From UHGV virus genome UHGV-0368255: a stretch of 38,207 bases of DNA. The stretch is one strand, 5' to 3'. This document shows, one piece after another, positions 1 through 8,026 of this stretch. The DNA comes from a virus. Position 1 is the stretch's first letter; each line of letters starts with the position of its first letter. The translations under genes and the position numbers were made by a program. The notes beneath the pieces were generated by a model. It had not been told where the DNA came from. It did not search any database and worked only from the letters and a program-made list of their open reading frames with translations.

Positions 1-45
1 AGAAAAAAATTGTAAGTTCATTGGCATAAATAAACGTTTTTTCAT
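1..45 (-). CDS. 5' end of scaffold protein gene (MKKRLFMPMNLQFFS); continues in frame into 38207..37650 if the sequence is circular
   Basis: ATG at 45..43 preceded by GGAGG (52..56 on the + strand). Its 15 codons end exactly at position 1. The ORF leaving the 3' end of the window is in the same phase. The N-terminal MNLQFF motif matches that of the major capsid protein. Confidence 0.6.
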   Translation of the reverse strand, partial: MKKRLFMPMNLQFFS

Positions 46-172
46 GATTAATCCTCCACGGTTACGCCGCTACCCGATAAATTTGACCAGTTACGCCGGT
101 CAGCCGAAAAATAGCTTTCTCTTTAACGCCTGTAAGCTGTAAGAAGGCACAATAAAAAGCCGTTAATTTGTA

Positions 173-1099
173 TTAACGACTTGATATTCGTTCTATATAA
201 GGTGCTGTACTGCATCGACAAAATGGATGCATATTAGGAGCATTACTTCCTGGCTGCATATCGGCAACATCAAAAACTTGATTATTTAACGGTATACATA
301 GCTTGCACGCCGTTGGTTCTGCTATATAGATGTACTGGGTAATGCTTGCATCTCTATAACTTCGTTCTTGAATCCCTACCTGAACTCTAGTCGTTTCAGT
401 CACCATCAAACGTTGAGTGTTGAACTTAGTGTTTTCTCGTCCTTCAGCTGTTAAATATTCTGCCAATTTAGATGCAAGTTGCTTGGGATTTTTCCCCATC
501 GTTATACTTCTGACTAACAACCTATCTAATTCTGATTTCAATTCAGATTGATACATCCATAAGCGATCACTAAAAGACACGTCATCACTCAAAAAGGAGC
601 TGTTTATTACTAGTTCTATCAGCTTTGCATATCCACTTGAAGCAATAGTTATTTCTAAAATACCGGCTTGTCTCTTCAATTCAGCTAAACCAGCTTTTGT
701 TAATTCATTCGAAAAGTATTTATCCAATTCATTAAACAGTGAAATCAATTCAAGCCCGATATTAGCTTTTAAGAGCTCTAATCTATTTACACGCATCGTA
801 AGATTGTATAGCTTTAATTCTTGGTTTGCTGTAGGAGAAAAATCTTTCTCTTTGACATACTTCTTTGCTTTGCGAGCGAATGCTTTGACATCCATTTCAC
901 TAGCACGCTTCATCGCTTCGCTACGTGTGATTTTCTGACCATTGGAGAAACTGTCCCACTGCGCGTCTATTTCTTTTTGTATCGCATCTTGTGCGTATTG
1001 CATGCGACTTTTAATTTCTGCCATGCGCTTTTTATCATCTTTAATTTGTTGCTTTTGCCATTCTTTTTCCCGTTTGATCCAATATTCTTGGGAGTTCAT
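173..1099 (-). CDS. minor capsid / head morphogenesis protein (SPP1 gp7-like, Phage_Mu_F family)
   Basis: 308 aa ORF. C-terminal CxxC...HPxCRC motif typical of the gp7/Mu F family. Lies immediately after the portal gene. Confidence 0.75.
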   Translation of the reverse strand: MNSQEYWIKREKEWQKQQIKDDKKRMAEIKSRMQYAQDAIQKEIDAQWDSFSNGQKITRSEAMKRASEMDVKAFARKAKKYVKEKDFSPTANQELKLYNLTMRVNRLELLKANIGLELISLFNELDKYFSNELTKAGLAELKRQAGILEITIASSGYAKLIELVINSSFLSDDVSFSDRLWMYQSELKSELDRLLVRSITMGKNPKQLASKLAEYLTAEGRENTKFNTQRLMVTETTRVQVGIQERSYRDASITQYIYIAEPTACKLCIPLNNQVFDVADMQPGSNAPNMHPFCRCSTAPYIERISSR

Positions 1100-1103
1100 T
1101 TAA

Positions 1104-2603
1104 TCACTCCCCTGTTTCATCTTTTTTGTTGTTAATTACTTTTTCAACATCTGAATCAAAAATGCCAATCTGCTTTTGCGTTTCTTTATTTACTCGTTTC
1201 AACTCTGCCTGTACATCTGGAACAAAAGAAGCGAGTCCTAAGATCGTCTCTTGACTGAGTTCAGCTCCAGCATCAACCAAAGATTTCAACTCTTCCAGAA
1301 TGGCTTTAGGTAGATTAGGCGTAAATATTACACGTAAGCCTTTCAAATCGGAGTTATCCATTTCAGAAATACTTGATTTTAGGCTAAATAAAAGACGATA
1401 ACGCCGCATAAGACCTTTTTTGAATAGCCTTTGCTTTGTTGCCGTCATTTGTTCAAATCCAAATAATTTATATTTCATTGCTTCTCCTGATTGCACTCCG
1501 GAAAAATTGTCATCAGTAAGATCAGGAACCATTGAGATTTCGTGGATATCCTTGCGCACTCTGTCTTTGTATGCTTCTACACCGTTCACATCATATTGTT
1601 TGTAAATATATCCTGCAGTCACACTTGTTTTATTACCATTCACATCAGTTCCAGATTCAAGCAAAAGCATATTCGCTTCTTTCTGCTTGATGGCGTCCTC
1701 TGTGGATAGTCCTGCTGCTTCAATATCACCACTAATAACTAGAAGAGCATCGTTTAGATCAGTCATATAGTTGGCGGTATCAGACTGCCCTGCATCGTAT
1801 AGATCAATCAAAGATAGTACATCTTCATACAAGCCCATCCGAAAACGATTAGGAGAATACTCTGTAATAGGTACCTCTTTATATTCATGCGGTTCATCTT
1901 GAGGATTCTTTAACTCAATTGCTGTTAGTGTCGTCTCATCATAAGTGATACTTTTTTCTTTTGTGTATACGATTGGTTGAATGTACTGTTTATCAGCATC
2001 CTTGTTGAATCTTGTCTTAGGATACCGTACAGCCAAAATAGGCTCTCGCTTTACTGTAGTATCATATACAACAAACGTTTCAAATACATTAGCCAAATCA
2101 ACATAATCTGTATCATCTGAATCTCGATAGATAATCTCATAGGCTCTCCCATACTTATCCATATCAAGCCAGAGTTCAGCATTTAACCCATCTATGTCAT
2201 TATTAGTATTAAACTCTTCGATTTCTTTTTGTTGATTTGTGTCCTCGATTTGCACTTTTATAGGATTGCCTGTGTTGTACCCAACATCAAACGTACAAAG
2301 AACTTTTCCAAAGTTATGTGCTGATCGATGATCCGCTTTTTCCTTTTCTCTACGTCTACGGTTATCCATGATATTTGTATTTCTAGCTTTGTAATAATCA
2401 TCTAATACACTTAGCCTTTTTACCTGATATTCATGATGATGTTTTATCATTGCTGCTAAAGTATCTAAATCGTTAAGTAAATCTTCTGCTGAGCTAAACC
2501 TATAGTGAAGATTGGAATCTACGCTAAACTTTACATAATTTGTGTTCACGTCGTTAGAATAATGTATATCAGATCCATGTTCAAACTCGTTTACCTTATT
2601 CAT
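1104..2603 (-). CDS. portal protein (SPP1 gp6-like)
   Basis: 499 aa ORF between the terminase large subunit and the minor capsid protein. Size and position are typical of a siphovirus portal. Confidence 0.75.
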   Translation of the reverse strand: MNKVNEFEHGSDIHYSNDVNTNYVKFSVDSNLHYRFSSAEDLLNDLDTLAAMIKHHHEYQVKRLSVLDDYYKARNTNIMDNRRRREKEKADHRSAHNFGKVLCTFDVGYNTGNPIKVQIEDTNQQKEIEEFNTNNDIDGLNAELWLDMDKYGRAYEIIYRDSDDTDYVDLANVFETFVVYDTTVKREPILAVRYPKTRFNKDADKQYIQPIVYTKEKSITYDETTLTAIELKNPQDEPHEYKEVPITEYSPNRFRMGLYEDVLSLIDLYDAGQSDTANYMTDLNDALLVISGDIEAAGLSTEDAIKQKEANMLLLESGTDVNGNKTSVTAGYIYKQYDVNGVEAYKDRVRKDIHEISMVPDLTDDNFSGVQSGEAMKYKLFGFEQMTATKQRLFKKGLMRRYRLLFSLKSSISEMDNSDLKGLRVIFTPNLPKAILEELKSLVDAGAELSQETILGLASFVPDVQAELKRVNKETQKQIGIFDSDVEKVINNKKDETGE

Positions 2604-2615
2604 TTCTCACACTCC

Positions 2616-3860
2616 TTAAAATATGCGCTTAACACGTTTAATCTTTTCGTTGACATTAACTTTTGGTTTCTTAAGAAGCTCATGAGTATATATCGCATAT
2701 CGAACGGAGTCTAGCACATCATCATATTCTTTTATTGGCTCGCCTTTTTTCTTGTCCCAAATGTATTGATAAATTTCATCCCGAAATTTCATCACTCTAT
2801 CTTGACAGATAAACAATTTATCTTGTTTAAATCTCTTGGCGACTTCCTCAACTCCAGATAACCGTGCTTTATGAGCATTTTTAGCATTAATCTTTTCTCT
2901 TACAAATCTAGCCACATGCTCCGGTCTCGCAGAGTCACAATAAAAAGGCACTCGTAAGCCGTAACGCTCTTGAATGCCTTTTGCTACATCTACCCAATAA
3001 TCAATCTCTTCAAATTGAGTAGCATGTTCTTCGATTAAATAAACTGTTCCGTCATCCGTTTCACCTATAACTACGATTGAACCCCAGTGTTCATATCCCC
3101 AGTCAACACCACAATAAAAGTTGCTCAAAGGTGGTAAGTCTTTTGACTGGATGTAGTGCTTGCTAGCATCAAAATCACGATAAACGACACCTTCTGCAGA
3201 AACCCATAAACCTTTGATATCACGATCATAAAACATGCCGCTTGGTGTTGATTCTTTAATATTATTTCTATAGCGTTCAGATAAAAAAGTATTATCATCC
3301 AATTCAAAGTGGAACGATTGAATGTTTTTACTTGAATTGTCGATATACTCTTTCTTCAGCCAGTGTTCCGGGTTGTCAGGGTTTGTGTCAGCTAGGATTC
3401 TCGCTCCTGTTCCTGAACAACGTGAAACGATTTCAGCAAATACTTCTTGTCTAGCTAGTGATGCCTCATTGATATAAGCGCCATATGCTGTCATACCACG
3501 AATTGCACCAACACCGCCAATGTTTCCTGTATAAGCTTGTACGACCTTAACGCCAAATAACTTAAAGTTTCCATGTTTATCGAATTTAGGTTCTATGCTG
3601 TACATGTTGTATAGTTCCTGTAAGATGTTCTTTTGGATTGTTGCACTTGAAACTCCTGCTAGGATATACATTGGTTCCTTAATGTCTTCTTCATCGGCAA
3701 TCTTTCGCACACGTCGCAATTCAAACAAGAACAAATCATTGTTTATTTTTGTTTTCCCAGAACGTTTTGCTCCATGTAATAAAGTAATAAACCAATCATT
3801 CTTAATGGTTTTATTTAACACGTCGATTTGCTTTGGGTTATAAATATCAACTAGTCCCAT
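2616..3860 (-). CDS. terL: terminase large subunit (PBSX/Terminase_6-like)
   Basis: 414 aa. N-terminal Walker A-like LLHGAKRSGKT. C-terminal nuclease-like region with conserved D/E residues. Sits between terS and portal. Confidence 0.85.
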   Translation of the reverse strand: MGLVDIYNPKQIDVLNKTIKNDWFITLLHGAKRSGKTKINNDLFLFELRRVRKIADEEDIKEPMYILAGVSSATIQKNILQELYNMYSIEPKFDKHGNFKLFGVKVVQAYTGNIGGVGAIRGMTAYGAYINEASLARQEVFAEIVSRCSGTGARILADTNPDNPEHWLKKEYIDNSSKNIQSFHFELDDNTFLSERYRNNIKESTPSGMFYDRDIKGLWVSAEGVVYRDFDASKHYIQSKDLPPLSNFYCGVDWGYEHWGSIVVIGETDDGTVYLIEEHATQFEEIDYWVDVAKGIQERYGLRVPFYCDSARPEHVARFVREKINAKNAHKARLSGVEEVAKRFKQDKLFICQDRVMKFRDEIYQYIWDKKKGEPIKEYDDVLDSVRYAIYTHELLKKPKVNVNEKIKRVKRIF

Positions 3861-4413
3861 CTAATTCACCACTAATCTTTTCTAACAACTCATCAAGTTT
3901 TTCTTCGGTAGAACGCTCTGAGTTTATCTGTAATTGTTCTAATTTTGCTTGCATTAATTTTATTTCTGTTTGAGCTTTTTCTAATTGCGTTTGTGATAAC
4001 AGCGATTTATACTTCAAATACAAATCCAAGGCTTTCAATTTGCTTTCTAAATCTGGTGTATATTCATATTGCATATGTTTAATAACCTTGTTTTTCTCCA
4101 AGCGGTCTATTTGCTTGCTCACGCTTATTTGTACTTCTCCTTGCCAAATATCTATCAATTCATTTAAAGCGTCCTCAGCACTTAATTTGCGCTTCTTTTC
4201 GATAGGATTTAGCCGTTCATTAATATACTGTATTATGTTAGGTTTAGTTAGGTTTTCCTTACCTATTACTCTTGCTGATCGTTTGCTATAACCTGCTTTA
4301 ATGGCGGCTTGAGTAGCATTACCACCATTTTTTATATATTCATCCGCAAAAGCTTTTTGTTTTGGTGTCAAATTTACCACATTCAAGCCACCACCTTTCA
4401 ATTTTATTAACAA
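3847..4413 (-). CDS. terS: terminase small subunit (Terminase_2-like)
   Basis: N-terminal HTH-like NGGNATQAAIKAGYSKRSARV motif and a coiled-coil C-terminus. The true start may be the internal GTG near 4380, which follows AGGTGGTGG. Confidence 0.7.
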   Translation of the reverse strand: MLIKLKGGGLNVVNLTPKQKAFADEYIKNGGNATQAAIKAGYSKRSARVIGKENLTKPNIIQYINERLNPIEKKRKLSAEDALNELIDIWQGEVQISVSKQIDRLEKNKVIKHMQYEYTPDLESKLKALDLYLKYKSLLSQTQLEKAQTEIKLMQAKLEQLQINSERSTEEKLDELLEKISGELDGTS

Positions 4414-4631
4414 TATCTCTCAATATTTGTCTGTATGTTCTGCTCACTAAAATATCCATGGCCACAGTAACGAAGATTGTACTTATCGATCTCTTTCGGT
4501 GTAGCTTCTCTGGTCATTTCAATGATGGAGTACTTCTTTTTGATTTGGACTGATTGGACAACTCTAATTGGATCATCTGCGTTTGGTTGCGGATATTTAT
4601 TTGATAATGATACATACCAGTAGTTCCTCAT
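4407..4631 (-). CDS. hypothetical protein upstream of terS
   Basis: 74 aa ORF. Its ATG overlaps the upstream stop codon (TAATG). Its stop overlaps the terS start. Confidence 0.5.
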   Translation of the reverse strand: MRNYWYVSLSNKYPQPNADDPIRVVQSVQIKKKYSIIEMTREATPKEIDKYNLRYCGHGYFSEQNIQTNIERYC

Positions 4632-4804
4632 TAGCCATTCTTCTCTTCAATAGCATTTAGATCATTGTAAATAGCCTTTGCTGTCTCTAATCCGACCCGC
4701 AGTCTTCGTTGAATGACTCCAACAGTTAGCTCCATATCAACTTCTTCATAGTCCTTCTTTAATCGCTTCATTTCCTCGAAATCTTTAGCGGTATATTGTT
4801 TCAT
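4631..4804 (-). CDS. small FtsK-gamma-like winged-helix DNA-binding protein (57 aa; absent from the ORF track because it is under 60 aa)
   Basis: Translation: MKQYTAKDFEEMKRLKKDYEEVDMELTVGVIQRRLRVGLETAKAIYNDLNAIEEKNG. The QRRLRVG...A...L motif resembles the FtsK gamma domain. RBS AAAGGAG lies 8 nt upstream. Confidence 0.45.
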   Translation of the reverse strand: MKQYTAKDFEEMKRLKKDYEEVDMELTVGVIQRRLRVGLETAKAIYNDLNAIEEKNG

Positions 4805-4818
4805 ATAATTATTCTCCT

Positions 4819-4855
4819 TTTAAATAAAATAAAAAGACCACTCAACGAGTGATCT
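4819..4855 (-). terminator. intrinsic terminator (9-bp stem with one G.U pair, then a U-tract) immediately upstream of the first late gene
   Basis: Minus-strand RNA AGAUCACUC-guug-GAGUGGUCU followed by UUUUUAUUUUAUUU. Confidence 0.6.
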
Positions 4856-5181
4856 AATATGTAATAGCAACCTACACGCAGACAAGTCTGATACTTCCTG
4901 CACCTAACCACTGCCACATCCCTCGGTTGCTAGCGGTTTTACTGACAGGCAGTTATGGATTACCGTAAACCAAAGTCACTGGCAAGGAGACAAACCTTGC
5001 ATGATAACTACCCTAATTTGAACTTACGTTCCGCCCTTAACTGGTTTCTTTTGGAAGTCAAGTGCGTTTACCTATTCCACCACAGTAATCAAAAAACAAC
5101 TTGTGAAAACGATTACTTGTTGTATAATAAATATTATCAACGATAGAGAGCGTTGAAATTAATCCTTAGGAGTGTTTTTAC

Positions 5182-5700
5182 ATGAACAAACATGAAATAC
5201 AAGCATTTGAACATGCAGTTTTTACTTTCAATAGACTCGCTAAACGAGCAAACGAAGACTTTATTCCGTTTGAAATTATTTGGGATACAAGATTTGGCCC
5301 CGCAACAGCTACTAACGTTCTATACAAGACCAGCTCTAATCCAATTATAAATGAATATTTCTTCCACAATGAGTATTTCCATGATGAAGAATCAAATAAA
5401 GCTGCATATATAGATGAGTTATATGCATATGTAGATCATGCTGTATCTCAATACTTCAGCGACCTAGTTAGCGGTGGCTATTCACCTAAATTGAATATGG
5501 CAGAACGCCCACACGTTCTAATGGATAAGTTACTGGAACTATCTAAATTTGATGAAGCAATTAGTTTAAGAATGCCTAATTACTTAACCACTTGGGATTT
5601 TAAAACCTTAGACGAATCTATTAAATTGCCTTTCATTAATGATGAAACCCTGATATTACGTCCTCTATGTTTAATTAAAGAACAGACAACAACTTCATAA
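5182..5700 (+). CDS. hypothetical protein, lone plus-strand gene between ArpU and the late operon
   Basis: 172 aa. AGGAG RBS 9 nt upstream. Own promoter TTGTGA-16-TATAAT (5101..5128). Own terminator follows. Confidence 0.6.
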   Translation: MNKHEIQAFEHAVFTFNRLAKRANEDFIPFEIIWDTRFGPATATNVLYKTSSNPIINEYFFHNEYFHDEESNKAAYIDELYAYVDHAVSQYFSDLVSGGYSPKLNMAERPHVLMDKLLELSKFDEAISLRMPNYLTTWDFKTLDESIKLPFINDETLILRPLCLIKEQTTTS

Positions 5701-5846
5701 GAAGAAATGAACTATTTTTGATTTGGTTTATTTGTAGCTGTTGCCTGTTTATTAACAATTTTAAAATAAACAGCGATCGTATAGAGAAAAAATATGTGAG
5801 TAGTTTTTCCGATTGCTCTCTATTCAAAGAAGAAGTTAGCAACGAT

Positions 5847-5878
5847 AAGGGAGGTTTCCTCCCTTACATTTTATTTTG
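5847..5878 (+). terminator. intrinsic terminator for the 5182..5700 gene
   Basis: AAGGGAGG-ttt-CCTCCCTT hairpin followed by acATTTTATTTT. Confidence 0.6.
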
Positions 5879-5968
5879 TCTCAGACCTATCACTAATCTT
5901 TCGACACTACCATAATATCACTGGTAAATAGCTAAAAACCGCCATCATTCCGCCAAAAAACCGCCAAA

Positions 5969-6469
5969 TTATTTATAAGCAATTATTCTTCCATGTTTAT
6001 ACGCTTCTGCAAACTCTATTAGAGCTTCCGACTTCATCCGTTGTATACTTCTTTCTGAATAACCCACTTCACGGCTAATTCTGTAGTTTGAGAAGCTGTC
6101 TGGCACACAGAAGCTGTAGTAGAGTATCTGACGACTAATCAGACTAAGAGCCATTAAAGCCGCTAGAATCGCATCTCTCTCTGCTTCTATATCCATCATC
6201 TGAATGATCGCGTCTTCTGCCTTGTTTCCATATTTCGGAGCCTTCGGCATATCGGTTATGATAGGAGACTTAATATCTATCAAAGAGCGACCTGCCATCC
6301 GCTCCAAACGCCGAAAGTTTTTCAGCACATCTCTCGCATTACATCTTGTCTGTTTGAAATCTACCTCTCGTAACAATTGCATCAAGTCAAACCGCTCCTT
6401 TATGTGATATAATAAACTTGTCGGATTTATTACATCAGTCGGAGCGATCCGGCTTTTTTTATTTGTCAT
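5969..6469 (-). CDS. arpU: ArpU-family late transcriptional regulator
   Basis: 166 aa. Last gene of the early region, upstream of the packaging module. C-terminal sigma-region-4-like HTH typical of ArpU/RinA-type late activators. Confidence 0.7.
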   Translation of the reverse strand: MTNKKSRIAPTDVINPTSLLYHIKERFDLMQLLREVDFKQTRCNARDVLKNFRRLERMAGRSLIDIKSPIITDMPKAPKYGNKAEDAIIQMMDIEAERDAILAALMALSLISRQILYYSFCVPDSFSNYRISREVGYSERSIQRMKSEALIEFAEAYKHGRIIAYK

Positions 6470-6755
6470 TGATTAGTTCCATATCCACCAATCTCACCAC
6501 TGCTAAATTCTCTTTGCTTTTCGCTATCCATTTATCGCATTCCATCGTGTTTTCAATGCGAATGATTGCAGAATGATTATAGACATGCTCTACATATCCT
6601 CTGAACGGATAAACGAACTCTTCTGCTTCACATCGAACCATGTCGCCTACTTCGACTTTTGCTTTCTTTTTCTTCTTAGGATTCTTTGTCGGCATATCTA
6701 GCATCAAACCGCCAATACCATGGCTACTAGCGTAAAATCCGTCTTTTAGTTTCAT
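6459..6755 (-). CDS. hypothetical protein with a DUF2187 (YkvS-like) core
   Basis: VGDMV...FRGYVEHVYNHSAIIRI resembles the small beta-barrel YkvS family. Confidence 0.4.
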   Translation of the reverse strand: MKLKDGFYASSHGIGGLMLDMPTKNPKKKKKAKVEVGDMVRCEAEEFVYPFRGYVEHVYNHSAIIRIENTMECDKWIAKSKENLAVVRLVDMELINDK

Positions 6756-6973
6756 TCTTTTTCCTCCAATCGAATTGACAATGTTTTCGCAGATGGTGAT
6801 TCTGCTTTTTTTAACTGCACTATATCTTTATTTGCTGATCTTTCATCAAAATACTCCTGAGCTCTCCTCTTGTTTTTTGTAAAAACTGGCTTGCTATCAT
6901 TCCAGTGATGGAAATAAACTTTCTTAAACGAACCATCTTTGTAATCGAACAGATAAAATGCTATTTTGAACAT
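6752..6973 (-). CDS. hypothetical protein
   Basis: 73 aa ORF overlapping its neighbours by 4 nt. Confidence 0.4.
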   Translation of the reverse strand: MFKIAFYLFDYKDGSFKKVYFHHWNDSKPVFTKNKRRAQEYFDERSANKDIVQLKKAESPSAKTLSIRLEEKE

Positions 6974-7285
6974 TTATTCCGCTTCCTCCAAATCACTCGA
7001 CTTCACGAACACACCATCTACCATCTTCCCTGTGCGTCCTTTGATTTCGTTGTACGCCATTTCTAAACACTCTTGTACGTTTGTCCCTTTTTGCATGGAA
7101 AGGATAATCAGCGTGACGATAACGTCTCCTACGCTATCTTTAAATAGCTCATCATTACTTCTTGCCATTGCTGAAGCGATTTCTCCGAATTCCTCAGCTA
7201 CTTTCAAAAATTGTGCTTTTGGATCTGCCTGGTTCAATCCCTTATCTTTTGCCCACTGCTCTACTTTTGTGATTAGTTCGTCCAT
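6974..7285 (-). CDS. MazG-like nucleoside triphosphate pyrophosphohydrolase
   Basis: EEFGEIASA...DELFKDSVGDVIVTLIIL is the all-alpha NTP-PPase (MazG) signature with the E-E-x-G-E metal-binding motif. Confidence 0.7.
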   Translation of the reverse strand: MDELITKVEQWAKDKGLNQADPKAQFLKVAEEFGEIASAMARSNDELFKDSVGDVIVTLIILSMQKGTNVQECLEMAYNEIKGRTGKMVDGVFVKSSDLEEAE

Positions 7286-7584
7286 TTTTTCTCCTCCATA
7301 TACCTAAACTGTCGTCCTTTTGAATCAATATCCATATTCTTCGCTCTATCCCAGATAATGTTTTTGCTCAGCCCAGTAATTTCAGATAACTGTTCAGCAG
7401 TACCTGTTACTAGAATTCGATCACCATGCCAGATTGCAATTTTTCTCGGCGTTTTCCGTTTGGGTTTTTCAGTCCACATTGATTTACCGAGCTTTTGGAC
7501 TTCTGCAACTATTTCTTTGTCTTCTTGCCAATTCTCAGAATGTGTCAGTTCGATGATTCGTTTCATTGCTGCTTTCTTATCCAT
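7273..7584 (-). CDS. hypothetical protein with a predicted HTH
   Basis: TGTAEQLSEITGLSKNIIWDRAK is HTH-like. Confidence 0.4.
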   Translation of the reverse strand: MDKKAAMKRIIELTHSENWQEDKEIVAEVQKLGKSMWTEKPKRKTPRKIAIWHGDRILVTGTAEQLSEITGLSKNIIWDRAKNMDIDSKGRQFRYMEEKKWTN

Positions 7585-7741
7585 CCTGACGTTCTCCTTT
7601 CAATAATTTGAGCACTTGATCAAGTGCGCTCTCACGTCCGCCATGAAACGTGTTGAGCCACTTGTCTTCGTACGACACACTTTGTCTTAAAGCTTCTTGA
7701 TGCATTAATTCAATCTGTGCTGTAAATGTCTTTATGTCCAT
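7577..7741 (-). CDS. hypothetical protein (start moved to the internal ATG with an AGGTG RBS)
   Basis: The track ORF 7577..7801 overlaps its upstream neighbour by 56 nt. The internal ATG at 7741 has an RBS and removes the overlap. Confidence 0.35.
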   Translation of the reverse strand: MDIKTFTAQIELMHQEALRQSVSYEDKWLNTFHGGRESALDQVLKLLKGERQDG

Positions 7742-7745
7742 CTGA

Positions 7746-8015
7746 TTACACCTGCTCGAGTTCATTAAGATGTTTTTGCAAGCCTTTAACACAATCAACA
7801 AATAGTAATTTGGTATATGCTAAATTTCTTAATTGTGTTCCATCGATATAAAGTGCGAAATAGTATCTGAGCTCACTCCAACTCGAACGATCATTCTTAA
7901 TTCCTTCAATTCCAGCTTCTTCGAGTTGATCATATACGTCTCTCAGAATTTCTATTTCCTCACCAGTTTTATACTTTGCTATTTCATTAATTAGTTCTAG
8001 ATAATCGATCTTCAA
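7746..8015 (-). CDS. hypothetical protein
   Basis: 89 aa ORF. Confidence 0.4.
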   Translation of the reverse strand: MKIDYLELINEIAKYKTGEEIEILRDVYDQLEEAGIEGIKNDRSSWSELRYYFALYIDGTQLRNLAYTKLLFVDCVKGLQKHLNELEQV

Positions 8016-8026
8016 TTTTCCACCTC

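Noticed and set aside
821-1135. Antisense shadow ORFs inside long genes (for example 821..1135, 1420..1605, 3595..3843, 23615..23872, 27983..28219, 28473..28813, 29406..29693, 31783..32316, 33373..33615, 35820..36099, 36458..36688, 37324..37593)
   Set aside because: Each lies entirely within a longer ORF on the opposite strand that has strong phage structural or replication identity. None has an RBS, and their compositions are shadow-like (Leu/Ser/Cys/Phe-rich).
4955-5146. 63-aa plus-strand ORF inside the GC-richer non-coding region
   Set aside because: It has no Shine-Dalgarno sequence and is a low-complexity translation. It ends inside the promoter of the 5182 gene. The region is better explained as regulatory or structured RNA.
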